From positions 1-6,046 of IMG/VR virus record IMGVR_UViG_3300020029_000059: 6,046 bases of DNA. One strand, written 5' to 3'. Source of the DNA: a virus. Shown here piece by piece: positions 1 to 4,184 of this stretch (position 1 is the first letter of the stretch; the number at the start of each line of letters is the position of its first letter). A program made the translations under genes and the position numbers. A model generated the notes under the pieces. It worked only from the letters and a program-made list of their open reading frames with translations, was not told the origin of the DNA and made no database searches.

Positions 1-121
1 AATGTTGCACTACGATACCGGAGTTGCTCAAGAAGCTGAAGCGTTTCACTTGATACGGCCTGCAAGACATCAGTCTCTTGCCCGTTCTGAGACAACGCAA
101 ACATACAATCTGATATTTCCG
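1..121. repeat. Left copy of the 121-nt exact direct terminal repeat (circular-genome assembly redundancy)
   Basis: Compared base by base with 5926-6046 and found identical. It lies inside the Rep coding sequence, so it is not a biological repeat of the genome. Confidence 0.95.
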
Positions 122-1613
122 GATATTGGGCACGAAGATTATAGACATCTCGTAAACTTTCATAGTCCTTTTTCTTCTCATACTCTATACCTGTTTTAAT
201 GATAAAATAAATACGACCGGAATAAGCACTAATATCAGAGCCAAAGAGAGGAAGATGCCAATTGCGGAAGAATTTATAGACATATAGGAACAATCGATAT
301 AACTTATTAATATAAGATTCAACATCGAAATCAATAGAACAGTAACCAAACCTAGTAAGGCACCGAGAAGCATGTAATATAATCTTATCATCATCAGTAA
401 GAGTAGAATTAGCCTTGAGATACTTATAATAAACACGAGCAAGATCTAGAATTGAATCCTGTCTGTAGGCAACGAATCCGAATCTCGCGATTCTCTGTGG
501 CGTTCGATGCACAGCGAGAAGAATTCGAGCAATCGCAGAACTATCATCATTGCAAGCAGATGAGAATCGTGGAAGTAAGGAACGGATATACGACATGGGT
601 GGAGTTGACCGAACACTGACGCCATTGAAGTTATAGACTCTTCCGTTAACGACAGAGTCGATTTTTTGCTCAATTTGCGCATAAGCGTCTTCACCTTCCA
701 CGTAGTCACAGCCTTTTTCAAAAAATCCAACAGACGATCTCGATTTGGGTCTAAACGCGCGGCATGAGCGATATAACAAGGGAGAAGAGCACAAGCTGTT
801 AACGTAACTCGCAACGTACGAGCCAGCTCCACCAGCGGAACGTTGGAAATCTGAACGACCGAGTTTCCAACTCTTATCGTGACAGTATCGTAAAACCTCG
901 GAGACTTTCTCCGAGTTTGTGAATAATAAGAGATGATAATGCGGGCGGAAATGCACGGGTCCGTACTCACCCACAGCGTAGAAATGTAACGTTTCATAAG
1001 AACCTAATGTTTGAAATAAATGTTTACGCAAACGTTTAATATAATTTTGGACATCAACATAGTTTAAGAAGGGAATAAGGTTATCACGACCGTATTGCGA
1101 AGAAGCGGGATAATCCGTTTTGTCAACGGCCTGCGTCTTAGTAATAAAACTACGAATAGCGTCCATACTAAGAAACCAATTATCTTTAACAGGTACATAT
1201 TCCTTAATTTCACGGTCAAACGGCACAGTGCCTTGAACCTGTTCGAAGAATATATGACGCAGCATGAAGTTATCATCACATCGATATTCAGAGACAGGGA
1301 TATATTGATGATGTTCATGACCAAAATGAATATCTCCTGAAATACCTAAGACATCCTCATAATCACTGTGAAGAACCTTACAATTCATAAGAGGAATATG
1401 AGCATTGTCATAAGTAAGAGTTACAAAATAAGAATACTTAAAAGCACTTCCAGCGGTCTTCACGCGCATGGACGCTTTTTTAGCTCTCTTATGAATACAA
1501 TAATCGCATTGACCACAATCTACGGCAATACGTGCACCAGTATATTTATTCGTAATAAACGAACGATGCTGACAATGATCAACAGCCTTAAGCAAATCAG
1601 GAGAAAATTTCAT
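1..1613 (-). CDS. VP4: Replication initiator protein (HUH rolling-circle endonuclease, VP4 / phiX174 A-like). N-terminal 537 codons plus 2 nt; the ORF continues over the circular junction to the stop at 5855-5853, for 561 aa in total.
   Basis: Hand translation from ATG 1613-1611 is open to position 1. It begins MKFSPDLLKAVDHCQHRSFITNKYTGARIAVDCGQCDYCIHKRAKKASMRVKTAGSAFKYSYFVTLTYDNAHIPLMNCK. It contains a Cys cluster (CGQCDYC), motif 1 (FVTLTY), an HUH motif GPVHFRPHYHLLLF (HYH at 941-933) and a two-tyrosine motif GSYVASYVNS (Tyr codons at 818-816 and 806-804). That last motif closely resembles the Y-x3-Y active site of phiX174 protein A. An in-frame TAA at 1622-1620 lies upstream of the ATG. 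The ORF is absent from the track only because it has no stop inside the window on this side. Confidence 0.93.
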   Translation of the reverse strand, partial: MKFSPDLLKAVDHCQHRSFITNKYTGARIAVDCGQCDYCIHKRAKKASMRVKTAGSAFKYSYFVTLTYDNAHIPLMNCKVLHSDYEDVLGISGDIHFGHEHHQYIPVSEYRCDDNFMLRHIFFEQVQGTVPFDREIKEYVPVKDNWFLSMDAIRSFITKTQAVDKTDYPASSQYGRDNLIPFLNYVDVQNYIKRLRKHLFQTLGSYETLHFYAVGEYGPVHFRPHYHLLLFTNSEKVSEVLRYCHDKSWKLGRSDFQRSAGGAGSYVASYVNSLCSSPLLYRSCRAFRPKSRSSVGFFEKGCDYVEGEDAYAQIEQKIDSVVNGRVYNFNGVSVRSTPPMSYIRSLLPRFSSACNDDSSAIARILLAVHRTPQRIARFGFVAYRQDSILDLARVYYKYLKANSTLTDDDKIILHASRCLTRFGYCSIDFDVESYINKLYRLFLYVYKFFRNWHLPLFGSDISAYSGRIYFIIKTGIEYEKKKDYESLRDVYNLRAQYPEISDCMFALSQNGQETDVLQAVSSETLQLLEQLRYRSAT

Positions 1614-1615
1614 AA

Positions 1616-1924
1616 TTATTTACGTTTATCAATAACTTGGTGACGACTACGGTGACCAAATGAAATATGAATAAATGTAGGATACAATATCAGCTGGTCA
1701 AACACATGAATATTATCCGAATATCTATGAATATGTTCAAGCAACTGATTATAAGAAGTAGAACCATAAGGCTTCATATCAATAGCTTCTCCGGTCAAAT
1801 GTTGAGAAGTAGGAACACCACCACAAGCCTTATTTTGTTCAGGAGTACGACGAGCACTAGTTATTGTAAAATGAACATTAGAAACCAACAAGTACTCAAG
1901 AAAATGTATAAGAGCATAATTCAT
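1616..1924 (-). CDS. Zn-dependent peptidoglycan peptidase, Peptidase M15 (M15A/M15_3, YcbK/VanY-like fold), 102 aa; candidate endolysin or entry hydrolase
   Basis: The sequence TSARRTPEQNKACGGVPTSQHLTGEAIDM matches the family signature S-x-R-(T/S)-x-x-x-N-x-x-x-GG-x-x-x-S-x-H-x6-D. A C-terminal His lies in FIHISFGH. No signal peptide or TM segment is apparent. The start overlaps the stop of the preceding small ORF as ATGA. Confidence 0.85.
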   Translation of the reverse strand: MNYALIHFLEYLLVSNVHFTITSARRTPEQNKACGGVPTSQHLTGEAIDMKPYGSTSYNQLLEHIHRYSDNIHVFDQLILYPTFIHISFGHRSRHQVIDKRK

Positions 1925-2004
1925 AATCCAATAGCGTTAAGGATGTAACCTAAAGCGGCAGAAACAGCTCCAATGATAATTTTCCAAATATTATTACTTT
2001 TCAT
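1921..2004 (-). CDS. 27-aa single-pass membrane peptide (MKSNNIWKIIIGAVSAALGYILNAIGL); candidate holin-like or membrane partner of the M15 peptidase
   Basis: This is an internal ATG (2004-2002) of the track ORF 1921..2145. Only these 27 codons lie outside the overlap with the 64-aa gene (apart from 11 nt). 14 of the 27 codons end in T, matching the usage of the real genes. A polar, basic N-terminus is followed by a 19-residue hydrophobic stretch. The stop TGA overlaps the peptidase ATG (ATGA at 1924-1921). Confidence 0.5.
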   Translation of the reverse strand: MKSNNIWKIIIGAVSAALGYILNAIGL

Positions 2005-2188
2005 TGCTTTGAATCTTAAGTTCAACAAAATCATTTTCCTCTTTAATCGAATCCACAATAACAATAAGACCCAATGAAGAAACTCGCTCAGAATAGCTTC
2101 CAAGACCATCGAGAGAATTGACAATATAAGGCGAAACAACATCACGACCAGTAGTTTTTTCCTTAACTGAGATAATAAATTTCTGCAT
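1994..2188 (-). CDS. Hypothetical 64-aa protein, first gene downstream of the long non-coding region
   Basis: It is an ATG-to-TAA ORF with balanced, non-hydrophobic composition (MQKFIISVKEKTTGRDVVSPYIVNSLDGLG...). It sits in the coding orientation shared by all other genes. I recognise no motif. Confidence 0.6.
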   Translation of the reverse strand: MQKFIISVKEKTTGRDVVSPYIVNSLDGLGSYSERVSSLGLIVIVDSIKEENDFVELKIQSNEK

Positions 2189-2238
2189 AATTGTGAGATT
2201 TTAAAATGTTAATAACAGTTGTATCTTCTAACTGGGAG

Positions 2239-2246
2239 CAAATATA
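2239..2246 (-). promoter_or_regulatory. Candidate Bacteroidota-type -7 promoter element TATATTTG (consensus TAnnTTTG)
   Basis: The minus strand reads ...ATAGTTTGTATATTTGCTCC..., an exact TAnnTTTG about 50 nt upstream of the ATG at 2188. No clean -33 TTTG lies at the canonical spacing; only CTTG sits about 21-24 nt upstream. Confidence 0.3.
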
Positions 2247-2273
2247 CAAACTATTTTTATAATCCCAAGAGAA

Positions 2274-2293
2274 AATCTATTTTTTTTTAGATT
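2274..2293 (-). terminator. Weak AT-rich hairpin (AATCTA-A8-TAGATT) followed by TTTCTCTT; possible terminator at the end of the structural-gene transcript
   Basis: A 6-bp stem (2274-2279 with 2288-2293) carries an 8-nt homopolymer loop and a T-rich tail on the minus strand. It sits between the structured element and the candidate promoter. The stem is weak and the loop is large. Confidence 0.25.
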
Positions 2294-2308
2294 CTACGGT
2301 AGAGTGTG

Positions 2309-2377
2309 AGTTGTGCGTTTATGGACAAGGAAAGGAGAATTCGAGAGGATAACTCGGAATTTGCTTCGCACACAACT
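2309..2377 (-). repeat. Nested stems H8 (9 bp, long-range) enclosing H9 (8 bp with one bulge)
   Basis: H8 pairs 2309-2317 with 2369-2377: on the minus strand AGTTGTGTG pairs with CGCACAACT, with one G-T wobble. H9 pairs 2338-2345 with 2353-2361 (AATTC-GAG / CTC-g-GAATT, loop AGGATAA). Confidence 0.55.
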
Positions 2378-2388
2378 AGGGGCTTCGC
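2363..2388 (-). repeat. Two copies of GCGAAGC (minus strand) 19 nt apart, each able to form the GC/GAA/GC mini-hairpin
   Basis: Plus-strand GCTTCGC occurs at 2363-2369 and at 2382-2388. The minus strand reads AAGCGAAGCCCCTAGTTGTGTGCGAAGCAAA. Confidence 0.7.
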
Positions 2389-2406
2389 TTAATTAACAAG
2401 TGGATG

Positions 2407-2422
2407 TATACAGGGGTGTATA
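2407..2422 (-). repeat. Perfect hairpin H5 (6-bp stem TATACA/TGTATA, 4-nt homopolymer loop)
   Basis: TATACA GGGG TGTATA on the plus strand, giving a CCCC loop on the minus strand. Confidence 0.6.
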
Positions 2423-2427
2423 GCCAC

Positions 2428-2449
2428 GGCAGGTCAGATAGAACCTGCC
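2428..2449 (-). repeat. Perfect hairpin H4 (7-bp stem, 8-nt loop)
   Basis: GGCAGGT cagataga ACCTGCC on the plus strand. Confidence 0.7.
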
Positions 2450-2473
2450 TTTGCGCACTCCGTGCTAAAATAC

Positions 2474-2512
2474 CGAAGCGGAACGCTTCTCTATGGAAGT
2501 CGCTCCGCTCCG
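2474..2512 (-). repeat. Long hairpin H2 (16 bp, one bulge, 6-nt loop)
   Basis: The minus strand reads CGGAGCGGAGCG-A-CTTC [CATAGA] GAAG-CGTTCCGCTTCG. It forms 14 Watson-Crick pairs plus 2 G-T/U wobbles. An alternative local fold is GAAGCG-TTC-CGCTTC (6 bp). Confidence 0.65.
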
Positions 2513-2524
2513 TTTTTCGACCAG

Positions 2525-2571
2525 GCCCTACGCGGGCGGCGGGTGTATATCGCTCAAACGCCGCGATGGGC
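2525..2571 (-). repeat. Imperfect GC-rich hairpin H1 (about 11 bp)
   Basis: Plus-strand sequence is GCCC-ta-CGCGG-g-CG ...loop... CG-CCGCG-at-GGGC. Pairs are 2525-2528 with 2568-2571, 2531-2535 with 2561-2565 and 2537-2538 with 2559-2560. It begins 19 nt after the VP2 stop codon. Confidence 0.6.
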
Positions 2572-2589
2572 TTCTAGTTCTGAAGAATG

Positions 2590-3732
2590 TCACCGACCAT
2601 TATAAATAGTAGTATTACGTGGGCCATAATCATTACGATAGATATTGGCACCAGGACGAAACGAACCAATAAAATTACCGGCACCAGCAGCAATAGAACC
2701 AATACCACGAGCAACAGATTCCCAATAATGAGTACGACTTTGTTTACGGACCAATTCAGCACCATACTCAGCAGCTTTCTGATTTGCCATAGAAGTTTTA
2801 TACTCCACATGCTTACGAAGCTTAACATTTTTATAATCATAAGTGCTATCACGATACTGCAACTCGTTAGAAGCATTAGCGGCCTTAATCAAAGAATCAG
2901 CAGTTTCAGAAGCTACACGATTATCAATCTTTTTTCCGGAAGTTTCAGCGGAGATAAGAATAGCACGCTGAATTTCAGTCTGAATTTGCTTCTCCGTAAG
3001 AGCGCCTTGAGTCTGAAGATTAACTAGTGTTTGCGCCTTAATGAACAAATCAGCTTGTTGATTCTGGTCCATATATTTATTCATAATACGCTGGGCTTCA
3101 GAATTAAGCAAAATTTGCGTTTCCTGTGCGGCCGAAATACGTTCGGCAAACTGGGCATTCCTCAGATTTTGAGCTTCAGTAGACTGGTCCAGAGCAGCAG
3201 AAATACGACCTGTTTCATTATTCCAGTAACCAGAAGAACCAATAGCCAGATTTTTCCAATTAGTAAGGCCTCTATAATAATCAGACAAAAGAGGAGTTAC
3301 GGTATCAGTCTGACGCGCACGAGAACCTGATTCGTTAGCTGCGGCTTCTGAGGCCTTGGCCTGAGCAAGAGAAGCAAGAGATTCAAAAACACCAGAAAAA
3401 TTAGGTTTATAAGCTTGCATACTAGGAACAGGAGCAGCAGTAGCAGCAGCTCCGCCAGAGGCAGGAGACCTAGAACCAGCCATAGCGGCAGAACCCTGAA
3501 CAAATGGGTTCAAACCGCGAGAAATCATAGCATTGGGAGAATTATAAGCATTATTCATACCCCACATCTGTTGCTGCCAATCACGCTGAATCTGAGCTTG
3601 CTCAGCATTAAATGCATTTTGCTCACGCATCATACGGAGATTAACCTTATTCTGATGATTCTGATTAGCCATGCCGACAATATTATCGGTAAGGTTTCCT
3701 ACAGAAGAAGCAATAGCGTCAAACAAGCCCAT
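2590..3732 (-). CDS. VP2: Minor capsid / DNA pilot protein (VP2, phiX174 H-like), 380 aa
   Basis: The N-terminus MGLFDAI...MMREQNAFNAEQAQIQRDWQQQMWGMNNAYNSPNAMISRGLNPF matches the conserved N-terminal block of microvirus VP2/pilot proteins (N-F-N-A-E-x-A-Q-x-x-R-D-W-Q...GLNP). A Gly/Ala/Ser-rich linker follows, then a long Q/A/E-rich stretch that is presumably helical, as expected for a tube-forming pilot protein. The start overlaps the upstream stop (TAATG). Confidence 0.88.
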   Translation of the reverse strand: MGLFDAIASSVGNLTDNIVGMANQNHQNKVNLRMMREQNAFNAEQAQIQRDWQQQMWGMNNAYNSPNAMISRGLNPFVQGSAAMAGSRSPASGGAAATAAPVPSMQAYKPNFSGVFESLASLAQAKASEAAANESGSRARQTDTVTPLLSDYYRGLTNWKNLAIGSSGYWNNETGRISAALDQSTEAQNLRNAQFAERISAAQETQILLNSEAQRIMNKYMDQNQQADLFIKAQTLVNLQTQGALTEKQIQTEIQRAILISAETSGKKIDNRVASETADSLIKAANASNELQYRDSTYDYKNVKLRKHVEYKTSMANQKAAEYGAELVRKQSRTHYWESVARGIGSIAAGAGNFIGSFRPGANIYRNDYGPRNTTIYNGR

Positions 3733-4172
3733 TACTCAGCAGAGGCAGATGCGGAATCCGGAGACGGCGCTGCCTTATTCTCTGCCAACATAGACTCGGC
3801 ATAAGCCGATAACTCAGATTTCTCATTAGCCAACTGCCATAATACAGCCTGTCGCTCAGACATTGTCTGACAGTGCCGAGAAATGACACAATCAAACCGT
3901 TGCTCGTCAGTCATACCATCCATGACAGTAGACTGAGTAGGATGCATCTGAGCAATAATGTTCTGGACATTCATATCACCAAGCAAACGACGATATTTCT
4001 CCTGATTCAATAGAATCTGCGTCATATCGACTTGAATCAAATCGCCATCAATAGTTTCATCGTACATAACTGAATCATACACAGACTGTTGATAACACGG
4101 GTGGCCCTCAATCAATTCGGGAACAACCTCATTTTTAATATAACCGGAATTTTTATAAGCAAAATTTCTCAT
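3732..4172 (-). CDS. Hypothetical 146-aa protein between VP1 and VP2; size and position fit an internal scaffolding (VP3-like) protein, but the function is unverified
   Basis: It is a clean ORF in the shared orientation, 12 nt after the VP1 stop. Its stop overlaps the VP2 start by 1 nt. It is acidic and ends in a low-complexity tail (AAPSPDSASASAE). I recognise no diagnostic motif. Confidence 0.7.
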   Translation of the reverse strand: MRNFAYKNSGYIKNEVVPELIEGHPCYQQSVYDSVMYDETIDGDLIQVDMTQILLNQEKYRRLLGDMNVQNIIAQMHPTQSTVMDGMTDEQRFDCVISRHCQTMSERQAVLWQLANEKSELSAYAESMLAENKAAPSPDSASASAE

Positions 4173-4184
4173 AACAGCACAAAA

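Larger units (their letters stand above)
2309..2571 (-). other. GC-rich multi-hairpin non-coding element (candidate ssDNA complementary-strand origin, other ssDNA cis-element, or structured 3' UTR / ncRNA)
   Basis: By hand count, GC is about 52% (150/290 over 2291-2580) versus about 26% (31/120 over 2161-2280). The coding strand has no ATG between 2281 and 2595. At least seven stems account for most of the interval; they are listed as separate features. Confidence 0.6.

Noticed and set aside
2321-2392. A 23-codon plus-strand ORF (MDKERRIREDNSEFASHTTRGFA) inside the structured element.
   Set aside because: It is on the non-coding strand and very short. It coincides with stems H8/H9 and the GCGAAGC motifs, which explain the sequence better.
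2300-2460. A possible XerC/D dif-like attP site, suggested by the TGTATA words (the E. coli dif central hexamer), TGCGCA and a TTATGG motif.
   Set aside because: I found no 28-bp arrangement with two inverted 11-nt arms around a 6-nt spacer. The best arm matches are about 7/11, and the partner arm is missing. It remains only a formal alternative for the folded-ssDNA element.
2290-2589. A tRNA, tmRNA or small self-cleaving ribozyme in the GC-rich gap.
   Set aside because: There is no T-loop GTTCGAATC-like box or cloverleaf spacing on either strand. There is no hammerhead CUGAUGA...GAAA core. I could not recognise any other ribozyme core by eye. This needs cmsearch to exclude properly.
2574-2876. 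A very hydrophobic 100-aa ORF overprinted on the 3' end of VP2, resembling a phiX174 E-type single-gene lysis protein. Similar hydrophobic ORFs lie at 185..442, 1064..1324, 3297..3503, 5123..5308 and 5558..5749, plus the upstream part of 1921..2145.
   Set aside because: All of them are in the +1 frame of a real gene. Real codons end mostly in T, so the +1 frame gets T in the middle position. That automatically encodes F/L/I/M/V and removes stop codons. The pattern is genome-wide rather than specific to one locus, and the genome already carries a peptidase-based lysis candidate. An E-like function cannot be strictly excluded without comparative data.
3420-3480. A GCAGCAGC-type trinucleotide-rich tract.
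   Set aside because: It simply encodes the Gly/Ala/Ser-rich linker (SGGAAATAAPVPS) of VP2. It is not a tandem-repeat array or a CRISPR.
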